Below are positions 1-9,497 of a stretch of 64,000 nt of DNA, in pieces. The stretch is from an uncultured Planctomycetales bacterium (GTDB taxonomy: Bacteria; 4484-113). How positions within the stretch are numbered: position 1 is the stretch's first letter; every line of letters starts with the position of its first letter. The notes below the pieces were generated by a model, which saw only the letters and a list, made by a program, of their open reading frames with translations, was not told the DNA's origin and did not search any database. The position numbers were made by a program, and so were the translations under genes. The stretch is from positions 5 to 64,004 of the forward strand of contig CAZKNJ010000009.1 in NCBI GenBank assembly GCA_964554185.1. Reading direction: 5' to 3'.

Positions 1-56
1 TCGCGTCCTGCGCGGGCGGGGGGCTGGAGCGGCGGGCGGCGGATTTCTACAGCTAT

Positions 57-461
57 ATGGTGGGGCAGCGGCCTAACAAGACCATCCTCAACTACATCTC
101 GCCGGCCTTCCGCGCCTACCTGGAGCAAGAGCATGGTAAGGACGAGGTGGCGCAGTACGGGAACCGGCAGAAGCCGCCGGGCGTCAGCAAGAAAGCGCCG
201 AAGCGCTCATCTATCCGTACACAGATTGAAGGCAATTTCGCGCTCACCTGGGTGGAGGGGCGGCCGGATGAGCCGCTGGTCGGCAGCGAGCCGGTGATGT
301 GGGTGCGCGACGGCGGCAGGTGGTACTTGTACTACGGCACCGAGGCCGAAGTGACGAAGTACTCGGAGTTTCCGGCAGAACTCAAGGCGAAGGTGGGAGT
401 GCCCAAGGCGTCGGACATCGCAGACAAGCCCAAGCCGCAGAAGCAGGAAAGCGGGAAGTAA
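57..461 (+). CDS. hypothetical protein (134 aa), basic/Lys-Pro rich C-terminus
   Basis: Intact ORF with no recognisable motif. It is convergent with the ORF at 464..922. Confidence 0.35.
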   Translation: MVGQRPNKTILNYISPAFRAYLEQEHGKDEVAQYGNRQKPPGVSKKAPKRSSIRTQIEGNFALTWVEGRPDEPLVGSEPVMWVRDGGRWYLYYGTEAEVTKYSEFPAELKAKVGVPKASDIADKPKPQKQESGK

Positions 462-463
462 GG

Positions 464-922
464 CTAGGCCTCAAACATGCGGTTCGGGCGGGTGTAGCCC
501 TGAACTTCTTTCAGCCGCGCAATCGTCTCCACTTCGCTCATCGAAAGCCTCAGCGTCATCGCAACCTTCCACGGCTCATCGCCGGCGTCAAGCATGCGCT
601 GGGCCTCCTGGTACACCGCCGAAGTGAATTCAACCGCCGTGGCCACCGGCTGGCGCCGCGCAGGTGCATCGCTTGAAGCCGGGCGCTGCTCCTTCGCGCG
701 GTTGAGCATACCCTCTACTTCGTTGCGCAGTCGCACGCGCTCGATCTGGGCTTCCTGCACCAGCCGGCAGACCTGATCCAGCCGGTGGTCCAGCGCCTTC
801 ATGCGCAGCTCGTCGTTGAGGATGGCTTTGTAGTCAATGCGCTGGTAGTGGCGCAACGTGAGGTAGAGGTTAACCACGAACGCGGTGAGCACGACGATGA
901 GCGCTAGCAGGAGATAATCCAT
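464..922 (-). CDS. membrane-anchored coiled-coil hypothetical protein (152 aa)
   Basis: N-terminal hydrophobic helix (LLALIVVLTAFVVNLYL) followed by a charged, heptad-like region. It is 30 nt downstream of nth on the same strand. Confidence 0.4.
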   Translation of the reverse strand: MDYLLLALIVVLTAFVVNLYLTLRHYQRIDYKAILNDELRMKALDHRLDQVCRLVQEAQIERVRLRNEVEGMLNRAKEQRPASSDAPARRQPVATAVEFTSAVYQEAQRMLDAGDEPWKVAMTLRLSMSEVETIARLKEVQGYTRPNRMFEA

Positions 923-952
923 CCACCTGGATTATAACACGAGATTCGCGGG

Positions 953-1603
953 CTAGCGGCTGTGGGTGACGCCGATTCGCGGACATGTATCCGCCAACAT
1001 GCACTCGCTGCAGCGGGGCGAGGTGGGGTGGCAGGTTTGCTGTCCGTGGTTCACCAGCACGCGGTTGATGACGGCCCACTTGTCCTGGGGCAGCAACTTC
1101 ATTAGGGCTACTTCGGTGTCATCCACGCTTTCAGTTTCCACCCACCCAAGGCGGTTGCTGATACGGTGGACGTGGGTGTCCACGCAGATGGCGGGGACGT
1201 CAAAGGCGACCGAGAGGATGAGATTGGCAGTCTTGCGGCCGACGCCGGGAAGCTCCATCAGCTCTTCGCGCGTCTGCGGCACTTCGCCGCCGAAGCGCTC
1301 AAGCAGGATACGGGCAAGTTCATGCAGATGCTTGGCTTTGGTCTTGTAGAAGCCGACGGGGTAGACGAGTTGGGCAATACGGTCTTCGGGCATCGCTAGC
1401 AAGTCCTGCGGGGTATCGATTTCGCTGAAGAGGCGTTTGGTGGCTTCCACCGTGACCGGGTCTTTGGTGCGAGCGCTCATAAGGGTTGACACCAGCGTCC
1501 GGAACGGACGGGTGCGGCGGCTGATGCGCAGTGGATGCGCCTGGTACTTCGCCTCTAGGAGCTCCACAGTCTCGGTGATCTGCGTTTTCCGCGGTTTTAC
1601 CAC
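953..1603 (-). CDS. nth: endonuclease III (DNA glycosylase/AP lyase)
   Basis: HhH-GPD motif LPGVGRKTANLIL. Aspartate in VDTHVHRI. C-terminal 4Fe-4S cluster C-x6-C-x2-C-x5-C (CHPTSPRCSECMLADTC). Confidence 0.9.
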   Translation of the reverse strand: MVKPRKTQITETVELLEAKYQAHPLRISRRTRPFRTLVSTLMSARTKDPVTVEATKRLFSEIDTPQDLLAMPEDRIAQLVYPVGFYKTKAKHLHELARILLERFGGEVPQTREELMELPGVGRKTANLILSVAFDVPAICVDTHVHRISNRLGWVETESVDDTEVALMKLLPQDKWAVINRVLVNHGQQTCHPTSPRCSECMLADTCPRIGVTHSR

Positions 1604-1634
1604 AGGCGGATTATAGCGGGGGCGCGCAGGCCTG

Positions 1635-1643
1635 TGTTAGAAT
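1635..1643 (+). promoter_or_regulatory. extended -10 element (TGtTAGAAT) 7 nt upstream of the ATG of the exonuclease gene; predicted leaderless transcript
   Basis: tgtTAGAATctatggaATG. No Shine-Dalgarno sequence between the -10 element and the start codon. Confidence 0.45.
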
Positions 1644-1650
1644 CTATGGA

Positions 1651-2280
1651 ATGTCGCTGCCGCGGAAGAAGTTCCAGCTCATCCCCCAACAGGGGGACAG
1701 CGAGCTTGACCGGACGGAGTTTGCGGTAGTTGACCTGGAGACTACCGGCGGCCAGCCCGACCAGGAGCGCATCATTGAGATCGCTTGCTTCGTCGCCCAG
1801 GGCGGCGTGGTCACCCGTGAGTTTCATACGCTGGTAAACCCGGACCGATCCATCCCGCCGTTCATCACGCGGCTGACAGGCATCTCCGAGGATATGGTTC
1901 ACAGCCATCCGCCTATTTCGGAAGTGCTGCCCGGCTTTCTACAGTTTCTGAACGGCACCGTGTTTGTGGCCCACCATGCGGACTTCGACGCGGGATTCGT
2001 GCGGGCCTCGCTGCTGCGCGAGCTGGGCAAGGAGCTGCCCAACGACGTGCTCTGCACGCGTAAGCTGGGGAAATACCTGCTGCCGTGGCTGCCCAGCCAC
2101 AGCCTCTCCACCATCGCGGACTTCTTCGGGATTGAAATAAAGAACCGGCACCGCGCCTTCGGCGACGCTTACGCGACCACGGTTATACTGAGTATTTACC
2201 TGAAGTACATGGCCTACCAGGGCATCCGCGAACTCGCACAGGTTCACGCGATTGAGCAGGGACGGCTGGCGCTCAGCTAG
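1651..2280 (+). CDS. DEDDh-family 3'-5' exonuclease (DNA polymerase III epsilon-like)
   Basis: Exo I motif VDLETTG. Exo II motif VAHHADFDAGF. Exo III motif HRAFGDAYAT. Confidence 0.8.
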   Translation: MSLPRKKFQLIPQQGDSELDRTEFAVVDLETTGGQPDQERIIEIACFVAQGGVVTREFHTLVNPDRSIPPFITRLTGISEDMVHSHPPISEVLPGFLQFLNGTVFVAHHADFDAGFVRASLLRELGKELPNDVLCTRKLGKYLLPWLPSHSLSTIADFFGIEIKNRHRAFGDAYATTVILSIYLKYMAYQGIRELAQVHAIEQGRLALS

Positions 2281-2708
2281 CCGCAAGCGGTGTCAAGCCC
2301 TTCCGCCAGGACCATCAGGCATCTTCCCTCAACCAGCACTTCCTCGTCGTCAGCCAGCCTGAGTTGTGCTTCCGCGCGGAAGAAACGCCCCCGGCGCTCC
2401 ACCAGCCGCGCTTCGCAAACCAACTCGCGCCCCACCGGCACCGGCTGACGGAAGCGGGTCTCCATCGTGGCGGTGACGACTATCTCGCCGCAAGTGCGCG
2501 TGACGAGGTTGTTCATCACATCGTCAAGCACCGTGCTCGATATGCCGCCGTGCAGGACTCCGGCGAAGCCCTGCAGATGCGGCCCGGGAGTGAACCGCGC
2601 CGTGACGGCGTCGCCCTCAACCGCGAACCGCAAGTGCAGGCCGAAGGGATTCTTCGTCCCGCAGGCAAAGCAGTAGTCGTTGTCCAGAAAAACCGGCGTG
2701 TCAGCCAT
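2277..2708 (-). CDS. PaaI/YbgC-type hotdog-fold thioesterase
   Basis: 143 aa. Contains the GVLHGG motif typical of PaaI-family thioesterases. It is the last gene of the TamB operon. Confidence 0.7.
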   Translation of the reverse strand: MADTPVFLDNDYCFACGTKNPFGLHLRFAVEGDAVTARFTPGPHLQGFAGVLHGGISSTVLDDVMNNLVTRTCGEIVVTATMETRFRQPVPVGRELVCEARLVERRGRFFRAEAQLRLADDEEVLVEGRCLMVLAEGLDTACG

Positions 2709-2718
2709 TCACACCACC

Positions 2719-5700
2719 TCAGAAGCGGAAACTGACGCCCACATTGGCCACCCACTCTTCCTGCACCTGGCCGCGCTGGCGCCATAGAATTTCACCAAAC
2801 GCCCGCCCTCCGTAACGCTCGTAAAGGTAGTACTTAGCGCCGTATTCCTCGCGCTGGTCTACTTCGGATAGGAAGGTTCGCAAGTAGTTAACGGTGAAGC
2901 CGGGGAAGAGCTCCTTCTCCACGTTCAGCAGGAACGGAGTGCCGGATTTGCCCGTTAGGTCGCTTGACAGGGCACGGAGCTCGAAACGCTTGAAGTCCAG
3001 GCTTTCTTCCAGAAAGCGCGAGAGGCGGGAGCCGGTGAAAGCCAGTGCCTCGCTGCCGATGAAGGTCTGCATCCCGCTGCGCGTCAGATCAAGGCCGGAG
3101 CCGCCGAGCAGGTAGGCGAGGAGGGTCTCGCGCGCGAGCGGCGGGTGGGAGTACATATCTATTTCGTCGAGGTTCTGCTCATCCATCAGCGCCTGCAACG
3201 GCATGTCGTGAAAGCGGAAGTAGATGGTCAGGTCTTCGCCGGTGGGCGCGAAAGGAAGCTCGCTGGGGAGAATCTCCACCGGCATATCGCCGCGCGAAGA
3301 TCGCAGCACACCCGGCAGCTCCACCGCGGCAGTGCCGAACAGGTGCGGTGAGAGGCCGTACTCGGGCTGCATTATTATCTTCGCGGGCTCATCAACCTCG
3401 GTCAGGCGCACGATGCGGTTGAGCACGAGCAGCGAGCCGCGCGTCACATCCAACCGCCCGGAAACCTGCGGCTGCTGCAGCGTTCCGGTGATGTGCACCG
3501 CCTCGGGGCTGTGGAGGGCGACTTCCATCATCAGCGGCCGGTACTTGATCCAGCATTCCTGGCGCACAGATAGCCTGAGGTCAACGTAGGCGTTGAGCGG
3601 GCCGGTTACCGGCGCGGCCGAGGCCAGGGTCGGCAGTTGCACCACAGCGCCGGAACGAACCGCGATATCGCCGGAGATAACGATCGGCTGCTCGCGGAAC
3701 TCCTTGTTGACCGAGACTGTGCCGTCCAGGCCACCCTTGAACAGACCCCTGATCTCCAGTAACTCCAGGCCGGTGAGATCAAGTTCCAGGCCCATTGCTT
3801 CTATCCCGCGAAAGCCGGGGGCAAACTGCACGCGCGAGATGTCCATCCGCGCGAGGTTGTTGCCGCCCTTTCCGTTGGTAGGACGGAGCACTGCGCCCTT
3901 GCCGGTGATAGTGCGCCCGTCAAAGTCAATGTCAGCGCTCAGACTCGCCAACGCAACCATGTCGCGGTAGCCGAGCCCGGACAAGTCGAGCTTGGCATTG
4001 CCGTAGACGAGCGGATCGGACAGCGTGCCTGCGACATCGAGTTCGCAGGTCAGTTTCCCCGCATACTTGACATCTTCCAAAGGGAACAGCGGCTGGGCGC
4101 CTCCCAGGGCGAAATCCTGCGCGCTGACATGCAGGTCAAACGCGTCACTCAGCCCCGGCACCGGCATTACGCCGTTCGCGTACAGCATGGAGCCGCTAGA
4201 GGTAATGGAGGCGTCCCGCAACTCCAGCGCCCCGGAGGCGAACCGTAACATACCGGACACGCTATCGGCCACGATGCCGCCGGCGCTGATCCCGCGCTCG
4301 TCCGCCGAATGAAACGATCCCTCCAGCGCCGGATGCCCCTGCTCATCGCTGGTGACCGCCACGATTAAGCCGATGCCGCCGGATAGCGGGCGGAAGGCCT
4401 CCGGCACCAACGGCTCGAGCATCTCGAGGTCAAGGTAGGGGATGTACAGGTCTATCATTGTGTCTTCCGGCTTCCAGCTCCAGAAACCGGAGGCGGTGGC
4501 GATGGTTTCTTCGTTGTAGGCCTGGAAGCTGTCCACGCGGATGCCGTCGGGCTGGATGTTGAAGGAAATCAGCGCCTCGTCAATGGGAGTGTTCAACACC
4601 GCCCCGTTTTCCAATGAGACCTTGCCCTGCACCACCGGCGTCTCCAGACTTCCCAGGCTCACCATCTCGCCGGTGAGGCCGCCCTTCAAGCCAAGCTTCG
4701 CCAGAGCCGGCGTGACCCGCGCCCAGGGCTCGACCGGGAAATGGTCCATCTGCAGATTCCAATCGCTGCTGCGCCCATTCGCCAATCGCCAGGAACCGTT
4801 GGTTTCCAGCGAGCCGTCGCCCAGGCGGATGCTGCCGCGCTTGACCGTGAGGCCGTTGCCGTTGTACTCCGCATCCACGATGAACTCGTGGAGTTCCTCA
4901 CCGCCGACGCTGCCGCTGGACTGGGCATAACTGCAGGCGACCACCGGAGCGGAGTACTTTCCGTGGGCGTTCACCGCCAAGAGCCCGTCGCCGGTGGCGG
5001 GCAGGCTGAGCTCGGGGTACAAGTGGTCAAGCGCACTCGCGAGCGAGAAATGGTCGTCGCCAACGCGCAGGCTGAATTCGTCTACGGCCAACCAGCCGCT
5101 AGCATTGAGCAGCTCTCCACCAATGCGGGCGTACGCTTTCTCCAGCACCATGTGTCCAGGCTCCAACGCATAGCCGGCTGACACTTCGTAGGCGGTAATC
5201 TGCCTGCCTGCCACCTCCGCTCCCACGCGATTGACAAACGCAGTGCCGTGCAAAAAAGGGTGGTGCATGCTCCCCGAAACAGTGCCGCTGGTGGTCACCG
5301 GATCGATGATTGGTAGGACGCCAAGCCACTTGTGGAGCGAGAGATCTTTGATCTCGTAGCCCAGCAACAGCTTGCTGCCGTCCACGCGCATTGAGCCCTG
5401 GGAGGAAACGGCAGCGGTAGCGTAGCGGCCGGCTAGAGCGAGCACAGCTTCCGTGCCAGCAGTTTTCGCCGCTAGTGATGCCCACAACGGCTCGTCGCCG
5501 ACAACGCCGGAAAGCGTGGCCTGCAGCGTGAAATCCTGCGGAACGCCGCCGCCGTAGGCGCGGAAGTACAAGCGCTCATCCCCGATCTCGGCCTTGCCCG
5601 ATGAACTTGCGCGAGCGCGCCAGCCGTGTTGAGTACGGGACGCCTTGAGGTCAGCAGATGCGACGACGCGGGAGGGAAGGCGCTCGCGTGGAAGAGCAAT

Positions 5701-7350
5701 GTCCGCCGGCCAGCGGGGCTGGAACACCACCTGCGGGGCCAGAATAGTGGCCGCGTCCAGGCTCAGGTCAAAGCTGACGCCAGGCGAGGAGACGGTGCCG
5801 TCGGTGAGCTCAATCAGCGCATGCTGCGTGCGCCCAACCACGCGCTTGCCGGCGACATCAACCTGTCCCTTGAGCGCAAGGTCGGCGCGCCTGATGCGGG
5901 AAATCGCGGGGTGCAGCGCTCTCAAGCTGCGGGGCAAGGCGGATGGCGCTGCTGTAATCTTAGCGGTTCCCTCCACCTTCGAGTCCGCAATGACCAGGTT
6001 GGCCGCGAGGAACTCGCGCCCGGATTGGGTTGCCGTGATGTCGGCATGCACCGTGCCGCCGGCGCGCCGCAGCCGGGCGGTCACGCCCTCGGCCAGCAGC
6101 ATTCCGTCGCGGCTGAGACCGGCAACGCTCATGTCCGCGGTAATATCGGACTTCTCCAGCTCAAAGGGCTCTCCCGCTTCCACCGTCATCTGCAAGCCTT
6201 CAGCGGAGACGCCCGCGACGCTGGTAACGAATGCCGCGATACCGGGCACGTTGAAGTTGGCGCGCAGACCTTTGCCGCCTGAGGTGTCCAGGCTGACGGC
6301 AAATGGCCCGCCGCCGGCCAGCCCGTCAACGGTCACTGCCGTTCCCCCGGAATCCATTGCACCAGCTGCCGAGCCGATCTCAATGCGCGAGGCTCCTGCC
6401 GGGAGGAGCACGATGTTGGACAGCTCCGCTGCGAACTCCTTCAGCTCGGGCTTGCCGTCGGAGGAGACGACCGCTTTCAGTTGATCAACCGTCGCTTCCG
6501 AAAGGTCCCATATCCCTTCGCCGGACGCGATGAAGGGGAGCGTATCCAGCTTCACTCCGCGCGCCGCCGCCTCCGCCCGGAAGGAAGCCTTGTCTGTCTG
6601 GCCGCTTAGCTTGAGCGAAAGGGCTACGGGGCTTTCGACTTGAACGACCCCGTCAAACGCGCGCTTCACCGGCCGCACCGTCAAATCCGCCGCGAAGGCG
6701 ACGCGAAGCGAATCTTGCAGCTCAACCAGCGGTTCGTGGAGCGCGCTGCGCAAGTCAGCGGCAAAACCCTCCGCCAGCACGACTTCGTTTGATTCAAGCC
6801 AGGCTGCGAGCTTGTTCCAGGCTGCCTCCCTAGTCTTGTTGAGCTTCTCATCAATGAGTCCGTTAATCTCATCCCTGGCCGCAGGCGCGAGCTTCAGTGT
6901 GATCGCGGAATCCCGCAGCCGGAGATTCAGTGTTTCCAGCTTGGTTTCTTTGGGCTCCGGCAAGCGCTCCAGCAAGTCGGAGAAGCTCCACTTGCCCTTC
7001 CCTTCATACTCGATGGAAGCCGAAAGTCCCTTGATGGTCACCGTGAGCGACTGCTTACCGGCGAGGTTGCGTAGCATGTCCAACCAGGAGGCGCCAATGG
7101 AAACCTCCTCCGCCGAGATGTAGTCTTCGCCTGTATCAGGATGCTGCAGGCGCGGATGAGATAGAGTGATGCTGCCGCGGTCAAGTTTGATCTCGTCAAA
7201 GGAGAGTTTACCGACGGACGTGTCGAAGCCCGTGGCGGCAAGGCGGCGCAGTAGCATCTGGCGGCCGACCGTCAGCAGCAGCACGAGCACAAGCACGATA
7301 ACAAGCGCGACCGTGCCGGCAACAGCCAGAGCTTTTCGCCATCTTCTCAC
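2719..7350 (-). CDS. tamB: TamB/AsmA-like translocation-and-assembly-module protein (DUF490 C-terminus), 1543 aa
   Basis: Single N-terminal TM anchor (LAVAGTVALVIVLVLVLLLTV). Very long beta-rich body. C-terminus ...YYLYERYGG...GVSFRF is typical of TamB/DUF490. Start is 2 nt after the mlaD stop. Confidence 0.75.
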   Translation of the reverse strand: MRRWRKALAVAGTVALVIVLVLVLLLTVGRQMLLRRLAATGFDTSVGKLSFDEIKLDRGSITLSHPRLQHPDTGEDYISAEEVSIGASWLDMLRNLAGKQSLTVTIKGLSASIEYEGKGKWSFSDLLERLPEPKETKLETLNLRLRDSAITLKLAPAARDEINGLIDEKLNKTREAAWNKLAAWLESNEVVLAEGFAADLRSALHEPLVELQDSLRVAFAADLTVRPVKRAFDGVVQVESPVALSLKLSGQTDKASFRAEAAARGVKLDTLPFIASGEGIWDLSEATVDQLKAVVSSDGKPELKEFAAELSNIVLLPAGASRIEIGSAAGAMDSGGTAVTVDGLAGGGPFAVSLDTSGGKGLRANFNVPGIAAFVTSVAGVSAEGLQMTVEAGEPFELEKSDITADMSVAGLSRDGMLLAEGVTARLRRAGGTVHADITATQSGREFLAANLVIADSKVEGTAKITAAPSALPRSLRALHPAISRIRRADLALKGQVDVAGKRVVGRTQHALIELTDGTVSSPGVSFDLSLDAATILAPQVVFQPRWPADIALPRERLPSRVVASADLKASRTQHGWRARASSSGKAEIGDERLYFRAYGGGVPQDFTLQATLSGVVGDEPLWASLAAKTAGTEAVLALAGRYATAAVSSQGSMRVDGSKLLLGYEIKDLSLHKWLGVLPIIDPVTTSGTVSGSMHHPFLHGTAFVNRVGAEVAGRQITAYEVSAGYALEPGHMVLEKAYARIGGELLNASGWLAVDEFSLRVGDDHFSLASALDHLYPELSLPATGDGLLAVNAHGKYSAPVVACSYAQSSGSVGGEELHEFIVDAEYNGNGLTVKRGSIRLGDGSLETNGSWRLANGRSSDWNLQMDHFPVEPWARVTPALAKLGLKGGLTGEMVSLGSLETPVVQGKVSLENGAVLNTPIDEALISFNIQPDGIRVDSFQAYNEETIATASGFWSWKPEDTMIDLYIPYLDLEMLEPLVPEAFRPLSGGIGLIVAVTSDEQGHPALEGSFHSADERGISAGGIVADSVSGMLRFASGALELRDASITSSGSMLYANGVMPVPGLSDAFDLHVSAQDFALGGAQPLFPLEDVKYAGKLTCELDVAGTLSDPLVYGNAKLDLSGLGYRDMVALASLSADIDFDGRTITGKGAVLRPTNGKGGNNLARMDISRVQFAPGFRGIEAMGLELDLTGLELLEIRGLFKGGLDGTVSVNKEFREQPIVISGDIAVRSGAVVQLPTLASAAPVTGPLNAYVDLRLSVRQECWIKYRPLMMEVALHSPEAVHITGTLQQPQVSGRLDVTRGSLLVLNRIVRLTEVDEPAKIIMQPEYGLSPHLFGTAAVELPGVLRSSRGDMPVEILPSELPFAPTGEDLTIYFRFHDMPLQALMDEQNLDEIDMYSHPPLARETLLAYLLGGSGLDLTRSGMQTFIGSEALAFTGSRLSRFLEESLDFKRFELRALSSDLTGKSGTPFLLNVEKELFPGFTVNYLRTFLSEVDQREEYGAKYYLYERYGGRAFGEILWRQRGQVQEEWVANVGVSFRF

Positions 7351-7351
7351 T

Positions 7352-8695
7352 TCAGAACGAGAGCTGTACCCCCGCGTTCACCTGGTTCTCATCGCCGATG
7401 TCTTCCACGCCAACGAGCATGTTGTAGCGGTCCGCTAGCGGGAAGGTCAGGTAGGAATTGAGCTTGGGGTTGTTGATGTCGTACAGGTCGCCGGTCAGCC
7501 CTAATCCCCCGCCCTGCGAGTAGTCAAAACCCAGGCCGAACTCCGAGCGGAAAATGCCGCCGCGGAACAGAAGCGAGTTACCCATGTACTTCCCGGCCTG
7601 CGCGGTGACGCCCACTTTCTCCGGCGTCTCGCTGCCGATATTCTCCACGCCGAGGTCATAGGCGCTGTCGCCCACCCGCAGGCGCGTCTTCACATCAACA
7701 TACGCATTGTCGCTGCGGTTCGTCTGGTGGACGCTTTCGTTGCGGATGTTCACTTTGCCCTTGAAGCCGATGGGGCCGATATTATCCATTTTCTCGTTTA
7801 CGCGCTCTAGCGTCCCGCGCATCGTCCGCAGTGTTTTCTCGGCCTCTTCCAGCGTGGACTTGGTCAAGGTAATGCTGTCCTTGAGGTCCTGTTTGACCTT
7901 GTCGTCGCCGCTGATGTCGCGAATGTCGCCGGAAATCTCCTTCATGTCGGCGAGCAGCACGTCAATGTCGCCGAGCAGGGAATCCATACGCGTGCCGATG
8001 TCCATCGACTCCACCGTGCCTCGCAACCCGCTGGTGAGCGCGAGCATGTCCTCGCTGAGCGCGTGCACATTGGTCATGGTGGAAGTCACCTTGCCCTCAT
8101 TCATAGCAATGAGCCGGTCGGTGCGCGTGAGCATCCTGTTGGCCACCTCAACCGTGTCGCTGAGCTGCACGGCCAAGTCGCTCATGATACCGCCCATCTT
8201 CTCTTCGCTCATGAAGCCTTCCACGACGTCCAGCAGCGTGTTGACTTTCACCAGCGCGAGGTTGGCGTTGCTTATCATATCGGTGAGGCCGGGGTCCGGC
8301 TGACCTTTGAAAACCTGGTCGGCCTGCGCGTCGCCCGCAAGCGGGTTGGGGTTGGGATTGTCGCGGATAGAAAGATACTTCTCCTCAATCAGCCCCTCGG
8401 ACATAATGTAGAACTTGGCGTCCGCCGGGAAGGTGATGCCGGGGAAGATGTTCACTTCCGCCCTCGCCACGCCCCGGTCAGGATCGAGCTTCACGCTGCT
8501 GACCCATCCGATGTCGGTGCCGGCGCGCTGGACAGAAGTGCCCTTCTTGATGCCGCGCGCGTTGTCAAACTCCACCTTCACGGAGTAGCCCGACTCGCGG
8601 TTGAGCTCCAGCACCGCGCGGTACGCGCCAACTGCCAGAATGATGCCGATGACTACAACCAGACCGACCTTGATCTGGTAAGTGATTCCCTTCAT
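7352..8695 (-). CDS. mlaD: MCE/MlaD-family protein with long C-terminal extension (447 aa)
   Basis: N-terminal TM, then an MCE domain (YSVKVEFDNARGIKKGTSVQRAGTDIGWVSSVKLDP...). About 250 extra residues are helical with heptad-like spacing and end in a Gly/aromatic-rich segment terminating ...GVQLSF. Confidence 0.75.
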   Translation of the reverse strand: MKGITYQIKVGLVVVIGIILAVGAYRAVLELNRESGYSVKVEFDNARGIKKGTSVQRAGTDIGWVSSVKLDPDRGVARAEVNIFPGITFPADAKFYIMSEGLIEEKYLSIRDNPNPNPLAGDAQADQVFKGQPDPGLTDMISNANLALVKVNTLLDVVEGFMSEEKMGGIMSDLAVQLSDTVEVANRMLTRTDRLIAMNEGKVTSTMTNVHALSEDMLALTSGLRGTVESMDIGTRMDSLLGDIDVLLADMKEISGDIRDISGDDKVKQDLKDSITLTKSTLEEAEKTLRTMRGTLERVNEKMDNIGPIGFKGKVNIRNESVHQTNRSDNAYVDVKTRLRVGDSAYDLGVENIGSETPEKVGVTAQAGKYMGNSLLFRGGIFRSEFGLGFDYSQGGGLGLTGDLYDINNPKLNSYLTFPLADRYNMLVGVEDIGDENQVNAGVQLSF

Positions 8696-9495
8696 ACCCT
8701 TCCTCCTTCAACAGCCTTGCCCGCGTCATACAGGTCGGGGTGCATTAGCCGGCGGTACATCTCCACGTGCTCCCGCCAGCTCTTGGTAAAGTGCTGAACC
8801 TCGGGCTCGTCGCTGGTAAGCAGATTGCTGGGCTTGCCCACATCCAGCGCCACGCCCTCGTGAACCAGGAACACGCGGTCGGCCACATCCAGCACGCTTT
8901 CCAGGTCGTGGGACACGAGGATTGAGGTTACCTGGAACTTCTCATTCATCTCCCGGATGATGTCGTCTACATGGCCGATCATCGTGGGGTCCAGTCCGGT
9001 AGTGGGCTCATCATAGAGCAGTATCTTGGGTTTGTATATCAGCGTCCGGCCGAGGGCAACGCGGCGCCTCATCCCACCGGACAGCTCCGACGGGTACTTG
9101 TCTTCAACCCCGGGCAAGTCCAGCAGCTCCAGCATCTCCTGCACCAGCTTCATTACCTGCCGCCAAGGCTTCTTTTCGTGGTAGTACGGGAAGAAGCCCA
9201 CATTCTCCGCGACCGTGAGCGAATCGAAGAGCGCTGAGTCCTGGAACACCAGGCCCATCTTCGTGCGGTGGCGCTCAAACTCGCTTTCAGATATGCGCGT
9301 CACGTCTTCGCCGGCGATGAAAAGCTTGCCGGCCCAGGGCTTGAGGAAGCCCATTATCACCTTGAGTGCCGTGCTCTTGCCGCTGCCGGAACCACCGACT
9401 ATGGCGGTGGTGACACGCTCCTCCGCCACCAGGCTGACGCCGTGCAGAATCTCGGTGTTGCCGTATCCCGCCCGTATGTTTTCCAGCCGCAGCAT
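8692..9495 (-). CDS. mlaF: ABC transporter ATP-binding protein, MlaF-like
   Basis: Walker A GGSGSGKST. ABC signature LSGGMRRRVALGR. Walker B ILLYDEPTTGLD. 4-nt overlaps with both neighbours. Confidence 0.85.
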   Translation of the reverse strand: MLRLENIRAGYGNTEILHGVSLVAEERVTTAIVGGSGSGKSTALKVIMGFLKPWAGKLFIAGEDVTRISESEFERHRTKMGLVFQDSALFDSLTVAENVGFFPYYHEKKPWRQVMKLVQEMLELLDLPGVEDKYPSELSGGMRRRVALGRTLIYKPKILLYDEPTTGLDPTMIGHVDDIIREMNEKFQVTSILVSHDLESVLDVADRVFLVHEGVALDVGKPSNLLTSDEPEVQHFTKSWREHVEMYRRLMHPDLYDAGKAVEGGRV

Positions 9496-9497
9496 AA

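Noticed and set aside
5645-6484. 279-aa ORF on the plus strand inside tamB (and similar ones: 12392..13804 inside the lipoprotein gene, 48013..49803 opposite flgL/flgK, 25988..26854 and 27671..28744 opposite dnaE, 29611..30684 opposite the amidohydrolase).
   Set aside because: These are antisense shadow ORFs, typical of high-GC DNA. Each lies fully within a well-supported gene on the other strand. Their translations are Arg/Ala/Gly-rich with no motifs.
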